A stretch of DNA of 64,000 bases, taken from NCBI GenBank assembly GCA_010356995.1, contig ML996702.1, positions 679,609 through 743,608 on the forward strand, read 5' to 3'. The notes under the pieces were generated by a model. The model searched no databases. It saw only the letters and a program-made list of their open reading frames with translations, and was not told where the DNA came from. Positions 49,248 through 61,628 of the stretch are shown here, piece by piece. This stretch comes from Trichodelitschia bisporula (taxonomy: Eukaryota). Position numbers and translations under genes: made by a program. The stretch's first letter is position 1. Every line of letters begins with the position of its first letter.

Positions 49248-50386
49248 CTACGCCTTCGTCGGAGCATCGGTGGTGCCCATGATGTTCTCAGCATCAACAA
49301 CCTCATCAGCAGTCTCATCGACAGCCTCAATAGCCCCATCAACAGCCTCATCCACCACCTGCTGCACCGCCTCCTGCACCCCCGCGGCCTTGCGCCTTAC
49401 CAGCCTCCGCGGCACCTGCACATCGCTCTGATGTCTCCTCAGCAGCCAATTCAGCGCTTTCTCCTCAACAACCACCCTCTTCATCTGCAGCAAATTCTTA
49501 ACATCAACATCCTTCACCGTCACCGCCCGTCCATCCCTTCCCCCCTTCCTCCCATGCCGTCCCTTCTCCTTCCCACCCAGCACATCAAACAACGTATCCC
49601 GGCGCTCCATCGTAACAAACATACTCCGCCCCCCCTCATGCCCGAGCCCAATCCGCCCAAGCACCTTCCGCACATACGCCTCGCGCACCTCCTTCTCCTC
49701 AACCGTCTCCATCTCCAGACTATCAACAACAACCAACTCCCCCCTCCGCCAGCGATAACTCAACGCCGTCCGCCACGCAAGATCATATATCTTCCTATTC
49801 AACCCCGTCGCAAAATCCCTCGGCTTGGGCCCAAACGCCACGCCTCCGCCCCGGAGCATAGGACTCTTCTTATCCCCCAACCGCGCGCGGCCCGTCCCCT
49901 TTTGTGGCCTGATCTTGCGATTCGAACCGTGGACATCGCCGCGCCATTTTGTGGAAGCGGTGCCTTGGCGTGTAGCGTCGCCTTCGTAGATTACGGCGCG
50001 GTGCAGGATGTCCCGCCGGAGGGGGACGCGCAGGTGTGAGGCTGGGTAGGTGAGGAAGCGGAGGGGCTCGAGGGCGGGGAAGGCGTAGAGCGTGGTTAGG
50101 GCGGGGGAGGGGGCGAGATGTGCTGCTACGCGGGGGACGCGGAGGCCGGGGGCGGTGGGGATGCGGGATGCGAGGGGAGGGCGCGGGATACGCTGAGGGA
50201 CGGTTGCGGGGGGTGTCGTGGTGGAGGTGGCGGTGGTGGTGAGGGCGCGCGCGGAGAGCTGGCGCTGTGGATTAGCGGTGCAGACGGCTTGGGTGAGGAG
50301 CATACCGAGACTGGCCTCGCACCGGCATTCCGCAGACACAGCGTAACAGAATCCCAAACGCGGGCTGGGGTTTTTAATCTCGCCAT
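49248..50386 (-). CDS. YML6: Mitochondrial large-subunit ribosomal protein uL4m
   Basis: [67 protein letters not shown]; first exon MARLKTPAR with a GTATGC..CTAAT..CAG intron. Confidence 0.94.
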
Positions 50387-50552
50387 TGTGCCGCTGTGGT
50401 GGTGGTGTTGAACAGTCGTCGTTGAAGAACTGAGGTTGCAAATGCTTGGCCCATGCGGCTTCCGCGAAAAAAGTTTCAAGCCCGGTCCGCCGCGCCCGTC
50501 GACCGCACCTCAACACCACGACGGCGTCTATCACGCCTACCACCACAACACA

Positions 50553-51838
50553 ATGGCGGCCGTTCAGCGCACACTCGGTGCGGGCTCGAGTCTAGCGCAA
50601 AGACCGGCGGCATTGCTCGTCTCTCGCGGATTTACGACGCTCCCGGCGCTGCACGCTGTCGCGCAGCAGCAGCAAAAGCCCCGGACACCAGCCGAGCTCC
50701 TCGATCCGAATCTCGTGTCCACGGTCAGCGAAGAACACCGGCTGATCAAGCACCAAAAGACCATGCCCATCGGCAGTCGCCGGCGGCGCGCGGCGCTGGG
50801 GTCTACGGCTAATATCCCGTTCGAGCAGTTGCCGTACCAGTGCTTCCAAGAAGCGCGGAAAGTCCTCGCTGCGGACAGGGAGGAGAAGCTCGTACAGATC
50901 CAGACGCAGCGGGAGCGGATTGCGCGGTTGGAGGCGCAGGACGAAGCGGTTAGTGGTGGGAAGGCGGAGAAGAGGAGGCGGCTTGATAGTATGCGGCGGC
51001 ATTTGGAGGAGCTCAAGATCTGGGCGGATATCAATGATCCTATCGTCAAGAAGAAGTTTGAGGATGGCATGGGTGCGCTGTCTTGCTTTCTGTGTCTATG
51101 ATCTGGGCTAATGGCGGCACAGGCGACATGAACAAACCCGTCTACCGCTTCCTGGCCAACCGCAAATGGCACTCCTACAAGCGCCCCCTCCTCCTCCAGC
51201 GCCTAACCCAAATGAACGTCATACCCGACGTGATCCCGCATCTCGACCCCGTCATGGAAGTCACAGCTACCTTCGGGCGCCCGATCGTGCCAGGCGACTT
51301 CGTCGATTCGCGGCGTAGCGAGCACCCGCCCACGTTGCACGTGCAGCCCTTCACCGCGGGGTCGAAGCTAGTCACTATCGTCGTCGTCGACGCCGACGTC
51401 CCGGATCTGGAAAGGGATAGCTTCGGGTTCCGCTGCCATGCGATATATGCGAACGTCCCTGTTTCCCCGACGCAGACGCGCATCGCGCTGCGCGAGGTCG
51501 AGAAGAGGGGAGAAGCGGGGCTAGCGTGGCTGCCGCCGTTTGCGCAGAAGGGCAGTCCGTATCACCGGCTCGCCGTCGTCGTGTTGGAGCAGCCGGAGGG
51601 CGTGACGCTGGATGTCGAGGCCCTGCGCGGCGTGCAGCGCGACGGGTTCATCCTGCGCAGTTTTGCGGATAAGCAGAAGCTAACCGCGGTTGGGGCGACC
51701 ATGTTCCGTGCGGTGTGGGATGAGGGGACGGCGGGAGTGATGGCGCGGGCGGGGATTGAGGGGGCGGATGTGGAGTTGAAGCGGAAGAGGGTTGCGCCGT
51801 TGCCATATAAGAAGAAGGATGGGGCGCGGTATCGGTAG
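50553..51838 (+). CDS. MRPL35: Mitochondrial large-subunit ribosomal protein mL38 (PEBP-like)
   Basis: [72 protein letters not shown]. Confidence 0.94.
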
Positions 51839-51987
51839 TGATGGTGGTGGATGATAGAGGGTGGTTGTAGACAGGGTGGGTTGTACATACGTCCTCTTCG
51901 GGCAGGCACGAAAACTCTTCACCTCATCGCTCGCAGCACTTGGAACTTCCACACTCACATCGTGCATATCACAACCAAGAAGCAACA

Positions 51988-53556
51988 ATGGTCTCCCTCT
52001 CGCCCTTCCACCTCGCCGCCGCGCTCGCCATTTCCAAAGCAAAGCCACCAGACATCAGCATCAAAGGTGCGTACGCCCATCCACCTACACCGTCTTAACA
52101 CCCGCAGACTTCCTCACCAAACTACGCGCCCACATCATTATCAGCACCAAACCCACCTCTTCCACCTCAATGCCTCACTTGGATGTTGTGGGCTTCTGGC
52201 AGTCCATGTACGCAGAAGCGCAGGCCGAACTCGTCGCGCTGCGAATACGGGTCCTGCAGCTCGAGCGGGAGGCCGCCGAACGCCTCGAAGAACCGGAGCG
52301 CGAGTGGGAAGCCACCGCCGACCTCGTCCTAGGACCGGCTCCACCCGTCCAAGAGCCGCGAAAAGATAAGCGTAAGCCCGAAGAAGCAGAGAAGCCAAAG
52401 GCAGCGAAGCGTGCACGGGTCGACCTCGATGCCGAGGGCGACCTCGACGCCGAGGTCAAAGAAGAAGTTTACACAAGCTTAGGCCAAACGGAACACGGTA
52501 CGCAGCTTCTGCTTCGCGCACTCCTCTCGTCGCTGACAACCAGCCTCCCGATTTGTCGCGCACCTCTCCTTAATCGCACGGTACCTGGGCACGAACAACA
52601 CTCTCGCCCTCGTGCCACACCTCGTGTACGCGTCCACAAATCTCGCACAGCACATCGACACCTTAGCTGGGAAAATTATCCCCGCCAAGGACGCTGCCAT
52701 GCTCCCACCTCTCCTCCGTGCCGCAGCTCGCGTCTGGACCGCGCTGCTCACCGGGCTTAGCGCTCTGGCGGCGGGTACGACGGACGCGGAGAAACAAGCC
52801 CACGGCGCTGTGACGCACGCGTACTGTCAAGCATTTGACAGTATGCTTTCAACGCTCATGCGCAGCGCCGCCGCCCAAGCCGAGAAAGGGAGGAAGCACC
52901 CGCTCCCGTCGGCCCTGACGAGGCTCCTTCTCGCGCTGCTCGCGGCCCTCGATCCTGCCCCGTTGGCTGGCCACCCGGCGCTGTTTGAGGGCATATTGAG
53001 CTTGTTGCTCGCCCGTGTGGGCGATCAACTGTTCGTGCTGACTTTCGGGCACGCGCGTGGACGGAGCGTGGAGGAGGATATTGAGCTCGGGGCTGCGGCG
53101 GTGGGCGGGGACGAACCTGGCGCACCGACTGGCGAACCCAAGACTGGCGAGACTGCTGAGAAGTCTGTTGCGAATGCCAAAGCGCGCGCCTTGCTCCCTT
53201 TGCTGACACGCGCGCTCGTCCGTGCTGATGCCTTTCTGCTGCCCGTTGCTGACGGGTCGGATAGGAACGTAAAGCGCGGCAGAACGGGGAAGGTGCAGAC
53301 GGGCCGGCTGAAGCAGAAGGGCAAGGGAGGACTGGCGACGGTGACGAGGGAGCGAGTGCAGAGGGCGCTTGTTGAGGCGGTGTTTGGGGAGGTGAATGGT
53401 TTCGGGGGCGGGCTTGGGGATGAGTTTGTGGAGCGGTTGAGAAGGCCGCCGGTTGTTACTTTGCCGGCTGGACAGGCTGTGGAGGAGGATGGGGGTTTTT
53501 TGGGAGAGGTGTGGAGGTTGGTTGGATGGGAGTGTCTTGGGAGGGAGGAGTGGTGA
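51988..53556 (+). CDS. Hypothetical ascomycete protein (coiled coil plus helical region)
   Basis: ATG 51988 MVSLSPFHLAAALAISKAKP; two GT-AG introns join it to long ORFs; ends FLGEVWRLVGWECL. Confidence 0.7.
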
Positions 53557-54289
53557 GGGTGTGAGGTTGGAGATGGTGGTGTGGTTGTGGAATTTCTATC
53601 ATCTTTCATTTGAAGGGTTTGATGACCGGTTGAGGCGGAGTTGCTGGCTTTCATGTCGGAAGTGATGGTCGTGATCGGGGCTATCATGGAGGTGCGGCAC
53701 CGTTAGCGAACTAACCCCCTCTATATAATCGTGTTAACAGGGTGTTTAGAGGGTTTGACGTCTAAATGTTTACTGAATTTATAATCGACTTTTTATATTT
53801 GCCTAGGCTAAGAGTAAAGTAAGTATGTCACCGTCAACAATCACGCATGCACAACCAAGATGTGGGTAAGACGTAGATTGTGAGTGTGGCGGCTTGGCAC
53901 AGCGCCAAGCCCTATACAAAACCGGTAATGGTGCGAGCCCGTGGAGCAGCAGAACCGGGTGTCATACCGTGACAATTTCCGTTGCTCTGATACGTACTAG
54001 ACGTAGAGATGATGGTGCACAGAGGTACGAAAAGAACAGAGTCTTGAGTTCTGTATCTGGTGAAGTAGATGAAGAGAAGAGAGCGCTAATGTAAGCTAAG
54101 CTACAATATATATCCTGCAATCGTTCCTTCCTCCATAATATGCTTAGCACAGGCACCTTCCTTTTCGCCCCTTTTCCCCACCCTCCACTTCCCCACACCC
54201 GGACCACAGTATCCTCTTCCAACTCAACTCTTCCATCACTACTTCATCAGCACCTCACCTTTTGTCCCTCTTTTGACCACTACATTACC

Positions 54290-54454
54290 GCACTGTCAAA
54301 CGCTCCCCTTTCATCACTAGCTGTTGAAAGGGTAGTAATCAACCTACGTGGTACTCTATTCATATATATCTGGAGCGAAACCTGCAGCCAAACGAGAAGT
54401 GCAGGTGCGATTGAGAGGCTGACGCATTTCCTGTGGCTCGAGCACGGTTTGTAG
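54290..54454 (+). pseudogene. Remnant of a C2H2 zinc-finger paralog (3' end only)
   Basis: TLFIYIWSETCSQTRSAGAIERLTHFLWLEHGL matches ALFMYVWSYACDQEEDEGAIGKLKHFLWLRHEV of the next copy; the finger region is deleted. Confidence 0.75.
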
Positions 54455-55168
54455 AGGGGATTTTGTTGGTCATAGCCGTCGTACAGCTTGTTCATCGACG
54501 TGTTGATGGAAAGCAAGCGAATGAAGGCCGGGGCAGTAAAAAGGCATTACACAATGCTTCAGTAAAAAAACTTGAGACGCAATTTACCAGCGAGTCGGAT
54601 AGACTCCATCATAAGGCTGGGAACGGCAAGGCTGATGTAGCGTGGACTGACGCGTGACTACGTAAAAGTGCGCCCTCAATTTCCGTTGCTCTGATACGTA
54701 CTAGACGCAAAGATGATAGTGCATAGAAGGTACGAATAGAACACAGTCTTGAATTTGGTACTTTTTAAAGTAGAAGAAGAGAAGAGAACGTAAACGTAAG
54801 CTAAGATACAATAATCCGTATATGTCCCTCAATCGTTCCTTCCTTCATAATATGTTTGGTACACGCCATCTAAGGTTAATATCCCTATCATGAAAATCAT
54901 AGTGAGCTGCTGCTCACCAACCTGCCTTCGGCCATCTCGCCATCCACCTGCCACTTCTAGCACACCGGCCACAGTATCCCTTCCCTTCCCTTCCCTTCCC
55001 TTCCCAACTCAGCTCTTCTAACTGAACTATGAGCGTCACTCCTTTCGTCCCTCTTTCGACTTTCTCCGAATTCCAGAAACGCCCTCTTTCATCACCGGCT
55101 GTTGAAAGGGTGGCCCGCAATCTCAATCCTCCTCGACGACCTCGCTTCTCCCACCCCTCAAATTCACG

Positions 55169-55652
55169 ATGCCTAAATGAGACTGGTGCTATGACTGGTT
55201 CGATAATAACAACGAACTGCGCTACGTTAGTCCCGATGATGCCATTTGAATCAGGGACCGATATTCAAGGCTTACAGCATGACCTCATCCACATAGAAGC
55301 GACAGTCAAATGTCTTCGGTGCAACCGGATGTTCACGACCTACTTCGGCATGATGGTTCACCTTGAAAGCGGCTGCAACGGAGTGGACATTTACCACCTG
55401 AACCATACCGCGGCGGAATGCTATCAGTGGCGCCACTACATGGATTCTGATTCTCGCGACCTAATCTTGGAGCAGGATTATGTTGCCCATCTCTATCCCT
55501 TCAACTGCCCTGAGTGCGTGAGGAGCTTTTCGAAACTGTCGGCCTTGTTTATGTATGTCTGGAGCTATGCCTGTGATCAAGAGGAAGATGAAGGTGCGAT
55601 TGGAAAGCTGAAGCATTTCCTGTGGCTCAGGCACGAGGTGGAGTACTATTAA
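55169..55652 (+). pseudogene. C2H2 zinc-finger gene (HLESG-type family) with a stop at codon 4 of the spliced frame
   Basis: ATG CCT AAA TGA then DWCYDWFDNNNELRY|HDLIH across intron 55226-55277; CLRCNRMF...HLESGC; FNCPECVRSF. The unspliced ORF 55029-55652 is open. Confidence 0.65.
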
Positions 55653-56089
55653 TAGAGGAGGGTTTGTGGGGCATGGCCGTCGGGCATGGCCGTCGTGCAG
55701 CTTGTTCGTCGACGAGTTTACGGAAAGCAAGCGAATGATAGCAAGGGCAGTTGGAAGTCATTGCAGGTACGCTCTCACCCCGCGACAAAGTGATTCAGAA
55801 GAGACAATGTAAATATAATTTACGCGCGATTCAGAGTCGCTCAATCATAAGGCTGAGCTGCAAGGCTGATATAGCCCTGGACTAGCACGTGACTACACGA
55901 TCTTGCGCACTCCATGTCGACTGCTCCACCATTGTCCACTTCCGTTTGCTCCTTTGGGTATTCTGGTCATCTAATCCTTTCATTGCCATCAGCTAGCTGC
56001 TAGCCTCCCTGCTCGAAATTTCAACGCCATGTCCTCGCTTGACCCAGCAAAATTTTCAGTCCACAAAGCATCCGCACCCATCCCCGCCT

Positions 56090-56810
56090 CTAATACCTCC
56101 CCTCCATCCACGTAACCAGCGCCCTTATGACGTCGCCCTCCATTCCAACCCCACAACCCCCCTCCACATGCTCAAACAACTCGCTGATCCACGCAAACCA
56201 CATGAAGCACTCCGGGCACCGGAACGGTTTCTCAGCCCCTACGTTGCGGCCCAGGAGTAGGTCTTCGCGGAGTGGGGCGTGCAGGAAAGTGCAGTAGTGG
56301 TTGCAGATGGCAGCATCGCGATTCAGGGTTCGGAATGTGCATCCGGAAGTGCACAATCCGGACTCCAGGTGGTGGAGCATGGAGCTATGGGTGGGGTAGG
56401 CCTGGGGGCAGCCAAAACAGATGACGGGGCCGGCGGCGTGGGCTGCTTCGTGCTGGAGGGGTTAGATGGATACGAGATGGGGGGGTGGAAGGACTTACTT
56501 CGCGCAGCGCGGCCGGCGAGTCACAGTGCCGGTCGCAGCACTGGCAGACATTGAAGGCTATGAGGTGCGAGTCCCAGTCTTGGGGGAGGTGGAGCGTCGG
56601 GCCCAGGGGGCATCGGTGGCATATCCGCATATGACCTGTCAATTGGACATGGAGGCTGAGGGCGCGGGCTGACGGGAAGTCCCGCTCGCAGGCGAGGCAG
56701 GGATTGTGGGCGGGGGAGTCGTGGATGTGTTGAAGCAGTTGAAAGAGGAGAGAAAATGAGCGGGCGCAGCGCTCGCAATCGTGAGACTGCATGGTGGTGG
56801 ATTGATGCAT
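56090..56810 (-). CDS. C2H2 zinc-finger protein (HLESG-type family), apparently intact
   Basis: CERCARSF..LLQHIHDSPAH, CLACERDF..LSLH, CQCCDRH..ALRE|HEAAH, MLHHLESGLC, FRCPECFMWF..LFEHVE; one intron. Confidence 0.82.
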
Positions 56811-57599
56811 GGTGTCGGGATGGCGGGGGCGGCGGGGGAGGGAAGTGGGATTGACGAGAGAGGGATCGGCAAGCGACATGGCGAAAGAAAGTGTCGGGCG
56901 GAATGGAGTTGATGAGAAGAAGTGAGAAGGGGGTTGCAGTTCAGATCGATCACTTTCGACGACCCGGAGTGGCGTTTGTACGGTCGAGGTGATCGCGGGG
57001 TCACGGGACTGCGCGTCTTGCGGGAGATGGCGAGGCTTGGGGATTGGATTGGGGAAGGACGCGGGAATTGGCGTAGGCGAAGCTCAGCTGGAGATTTGTG
57101 GTGATGTCTTGAGTGTGCAATGGGACTGAAAAGGTTGGTGTAGGTGGTGGTGGACGTCTGGAAAATGTTGCTAGTCCCGATATCAACTAACGGGAAGGAG
57201 CGACAACGGGCTCTCTTCGACCGCCAACATCAGCCCATTTACCTAGAGGAAAGCTGCCTACAATTGCAACTGGACAGTACAACGAGAACAAAGATTCTTA
57301 CGAAGACCACAACGCCTATAAACGACAGACGCCTACCCGATTCTTGACCAGAATATCCCAGCAAAGGAGAGAATGGAACTTCATCAATCGCAACCCGCCC
57401 AGTCAAAAATGCCGGCCGTCAAAGCTGGTATGCAAGCCGAAATGGAACGACAAACACCTGAAAGAAAGAGATGATGAACGGCTTCAGGTCCGAAGCCGAA
57501 AACTCTAGCGTCGGCTAGCTCCACAGGTTCGACCATCGATGAGGCCCTCGACGGGTGCCCGGGCCGTAAGTCTCAAACTCCATTGTCGAAACGGCACAC

Positions 57600-58770
57600 T
57601 CATAGTTCATCGCTATCCTTATACCCATCGACATACCCGGCGTCATACCCAGCGCGGTACCCATTGCGGTACACATCCGTCAGGCCCGAAGACACATTGG
57701 AATCGGCTCCTGTCCTCATACCCGTCGCCATACCCATGGTCATACCCAAAGCGATACCCATCGCCATAACCATCGTCAGGCTCGGCGTCACAGTCATCGT
57801 CAGGCTCGGCCTTACAGACGACGTCGGGCTCGAGAGGCTCGGCCTTACAGACAACATCAGGCTCGGCCTCACAGCGGAGTTGGCTCTCCAGCCATGAAAC
57901 CAGTTGGCACATGGGCTCAGAATGGAGAGTCAGAACGCATGCACCCGACGCAACATGCTGAAAACAGGCCGGACAGACGCGGGACGTGCCTAGCACATCC
58001 CGGACAGCGAAAGGGTAACCCCCGCCGGCCGTCGAGGACCTCCTTCTGGTAGAGCATGTCGTATCTAAAACTCCGTTCGATGTAACGATGTCACTGAGAC
58101 CATGATGCAACGCTCGCGTTCAACTTTAGCTGGTTGCAACCTGATTCGCAATTGCCATCCTCCAGGTGGATGATCAGGCCGACGTAGGTGGTGAATGTCC
58201 GCTCGCAGCTGACGCACTCGTGCGTCGGTTGGAGATGTGTCCTTTGATGCTGGCTAGTTGAGCTTCATGATGGGTTCGTCTAGAGGCAACCTACGTGTCT
58301 CACATCCGACTTAGAGGCGAAGTGACGCGTACACTCCGGACACCCAGTTACCAGGTCCATATGTTTGAGAGAGTCTGCAAGAGGCCACTGCTTTATCCCA
58401 GGACATCCATGGCACAACTTCACGCACACCTGGCTGTTGAAATGCCCACTCAGTTCGTCAAGTGAGGCGGCATCAAAGGGGCAATACGGACAGGGGATGT
58501 GCCCCTTTGAGTTTTTCTTGTGGAGAAAGAGGCCGTGTTCGGTCTTGAAGGTGCGCTTACACTGCGCACAGTACGGTTTGGGGGCGGGTTCTTGTTTTTT
58601 TGGGGGTGGGTTCTTGTTTTTCGGGGGTGGGTTCTTGTTTTTCGGGGGTGGGTTCTTGTTTTTCGGGGGTGGGTTCTCGTTTTTGGACGGCGGGTTCTAG
58701 AGCCAGTTTTTGGGCGGGTTCTTGTATTTGGAGGGCGGGTTCTCGGTTCTCGGGGGCCGGTCAGTAACAT
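57600..58770 (-). pseudogene. C2H2 zinc-finger paralog with N-terminal EPTPEKQ repeats and C-terminal GYxxGY repeats; disrupted
   Basis: YCAQCKRTF..LFLH, CPECTRHF..VRH|HQRTH, CVSCERTFTTYVGLIIHLEDGNC, PFRCPGC; in-frame TGA at 58091-58093 and frameshifts. Confidence 0.75.
58580..58750. repeat. 21-bp tandem repeat GGGTTCTTGTTTTTCGGGGGT
   Basis: Several near-perfect central copies plus degenerate flanking copies. Confidence 0.85.
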
Positions 58771-59397
58771 TGGAGAGGACGAGAGGGCAAGGAAGTGAAG
58801 ACGCGACGTGATCGATCGGCTTCGCGTCCTGAGAAAGACGCGTTCGGGTAAACGCGATGAGAACCGGATCAGCTAGCCTTCCCGGCTCCCCGACTTGGCG
58901 TCCCTCAGGAGAGCCGGTGGCCCCGACGCGGCTCTCACGTTATGAGGGCAGGAATTGCGATGCCTTACGGAGTACCGTAGTAGGCTGAATGAAGTGAAGT
59001 CACATGGTGACAAGAACAAGGCAGCAATATGCCCTTCTGGTTTTGCTGGAAGGATCCCGTCCCGTGCTTGTCCAGAAGCACCCGTAAGAGGGAAACTGCC
59101 ATCAGTTTGACGGTGTATATGGAGGTACAGCTCGCCGAGCAGATTCGGGATTCCTGTCCTTCTGGTGCAACTCTGCACCGAACTCGGAACCTCGTCACAA
59201 TGATGTGACGTCTTATCGATAAGACTTGCTTCGGTGCCTTGGTGCCTGAATTGCGGAGGGGCTTGTGCTGCAACACCAACGACGCAGTATCGCGACTCCA
59301 ATTATCGCTGCAAAGGCAACGTCTTCACCTTCGTCCTCTCCCACGACTTGTACCTTCCCAGATCCCATAGCTCAACGACAATCCCCTACAGCTCATC

Positions 59398-61232
59398 ATG
59401 TCGGCCCAGTCGACTCCCGCCCGCGGGAACACGCCCACGGCCCCTCCATCGCTCCGCCGCGTCGGCGACGAAGACCACGCGCCAGCAATCCCCTCACCTC
59501 TGAACCCCGCACCTCGTACCGCCTCTAAACCTGCCCTGCGCGAGCCGCGCGAGAAGAAGGACTCGCTTAAGAAGCGTGAAGCCGCCGCCGCGACGCGTAG
59601 CAGTACACCCGCCGACACGGGCTCTAGAGGGAAGAAGGGCGCGAAGGCTGCGGCCGCGGCCTCGCCGTCGCCCATGCGCTACCAGATTCCCGAGCCGCGC
59701 TTCGCAGACTACGATCCGCCCAAGGACCCAGTGTTTGCGAGCCATGAGCCCAATCCGTTTTTTACGCCGAATGGAGTCGAGCTGCGGAAGCCGATTGACC
59801 AGTACGCTGAGCGCGCAAGTTGAGAGGATCAGGCTGACCATCTAGTGCGGAGAACAAAAAGGCCTACCGCTACACCCACGCCATCGCCGATCCCCTCTTC
59901 CGCCACAAGCAATTCTACCGCCAAACAGACTCCAAGCCGCAGGGCCCACGCATGAGCGTCGAAGACAGCGACAAGCTGACCCACTTCGACGACTCCATGA
60001 CCATGATCACGAACGAGAAAGGGTGGCGCATGAGCCGCGCCAACGTCTTCGCCCGCGAGGGCAGCTTGTACTACGAAGTCAAGGTCGTGCGTGGTATCGC
60101 GCCTGACGGGCCTGCACCCACTACGCCTGACTCCCCGCCCGAACCGCACATCCGCATGGGCTGGGCGAGGCGCGAGGCCCCGCTTGACTCGCCTGTCGGG
60201 TTTGATGGGTATAGTTATGGGATTGCGGATATGCGCTGCGCGCCTATGCACCGCTCGCGGCCAGGCAAGTTCCTGGATAAGCAGAAGACAAAGGGCAAGC
60301 CGAAGTCCAAGGCAGCGGCGCGCCAGGAGCCTCCGCCGCCTGAGGATCACATCCGCACGGGCGACGTCATCGGCCTGCTGATTACGCTGCCGTCGCTGAG
60401 CCTGCACCGCAAGGTCGTCGAGGGGATTTATAACCCCGCCGTGGACGTGGACGATGGGTTTACTGACCCCCCTGGTCCAGCGGCAGATATCATTCGCGAC
60501 CGCATCCCGGTGCCCTACCGCTCGAACCTGTATTTCGAGCAGTTCGAGTACCAGCCTACTAAGGCGATGGAGACGTACAACGACCGCAGCCCCATTAACA
60601 CCATCACTCCGCATCCCAACCACCCTGATGCCGCTCTTCGCACACTCCCGCACTCCTCCATCCGCGTGTATAAAAATGGCATTCCGCTTGGGACGGCTTT
60701 CGAGGGGTTACTCGCTTTCCTGCCCCCTGCCTCGCTTGTTCCTGCGTCTACCGGGGCGAGGCCGGGGTTCGACGATGGCACCATCGGGTATTACCCCGCG
60801 GTCAGCATGTTCAGCGGCGGAATCGCAGAGCTCAATTTCGGGCCTGGATTCTGGTTTCCCCCGCCGGAGCTCGGCATCCGCTCCAGCCGACATCCGCAGG
60901 GCGCGCCCGTACCCGCTGATATGCCCGCCACGGGCGCGGACGCGGACGGGGATGGGGATGGCGACATCATGCTCCCCGACGCACCGACCAGCATCACGAG
61001 CCCTATGCACGGCGGACCCCCAGAGCCCAAGAGTGCGGGGGACGAGAAGAGGCGGGTACGGGGCGTGGGCGAGAGATACAGAGAACAGGTTGCTGAGGAC
61101 GTGGTCTGGGATTTGGTGGATGAGGTTGATTTTTTTGCGCAGGATGGGGGGTATGCGTATGTGCCTGAGCGGGATAGTCCCGAGGTTAAGAGGGGGACGG
61201 CGAGGGGGGTGGCGAATTTGAGGGATGAGTGA
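59398..61232 (+). CDS. BRE2: COMPASS/Set1C subunit Bre2/Ash2 (CclA), SPRY domain
   Basis: EPREKKDSLKKRE, ENKKAYRYT.AIADPLF, KGWRMSRANV.AREG..YYEVK, HIRMGWARREAPLDSPVGFDGYSYG, GYYPAVSMF, ERYREQVAEDVVWDLVDEVD. Confidence 0.94.
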
Positions 61233-61628
61233 GTTTTTTGGGGGAGTGATGCCTTTTTCTGAGGGATGCTGATGGTGTGCGAACTAGGAGGGCGGCGGTT
61301 GCAGGCACGGCTGAGGAGGGTAGGGCTGAGGGTGCTGGTGGAGCGAAGGGGGCTGATTGGGTTGATGGGGACACGATTGTCGTCCGCTGTCAACGGCTTC
61401 TGGAAAGCGGATTAGAATGAACGACTCGCTCGACAAGTTGTCGCCGTTCACTGGCCGCGGGTTTTCCAGCCCCTGACTACGTTCAGGGGAAGGCTATCAC
61501 TAGCAGCAGCATCCTCACCATCTCACCCAATGCCCCAATTTCCATGTCAAAAATGCATATGCTCATCACTCATCTACCAAATGAAGTCGTACCCAAAACG
61601 CCCCCATCCCATGCATCCCCCAAAATGC

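Larger units (their letters stand above)
53973..55913. repeat. Tandem segmental duplication (copy 1 53973-54676, internally deleted; copy 2 54677-~55913)
   Basis: CAATTTCCGTTGCTCTGATACGTACTAGACG at 53973 and 54677; shared downstream blocks (GTCGT.CAGCTTGTTC.TCGACG, GGAAAGCAAGCGAATGA, CATAAGGCTG, CGTGACTAC). Confidence 0.9.
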
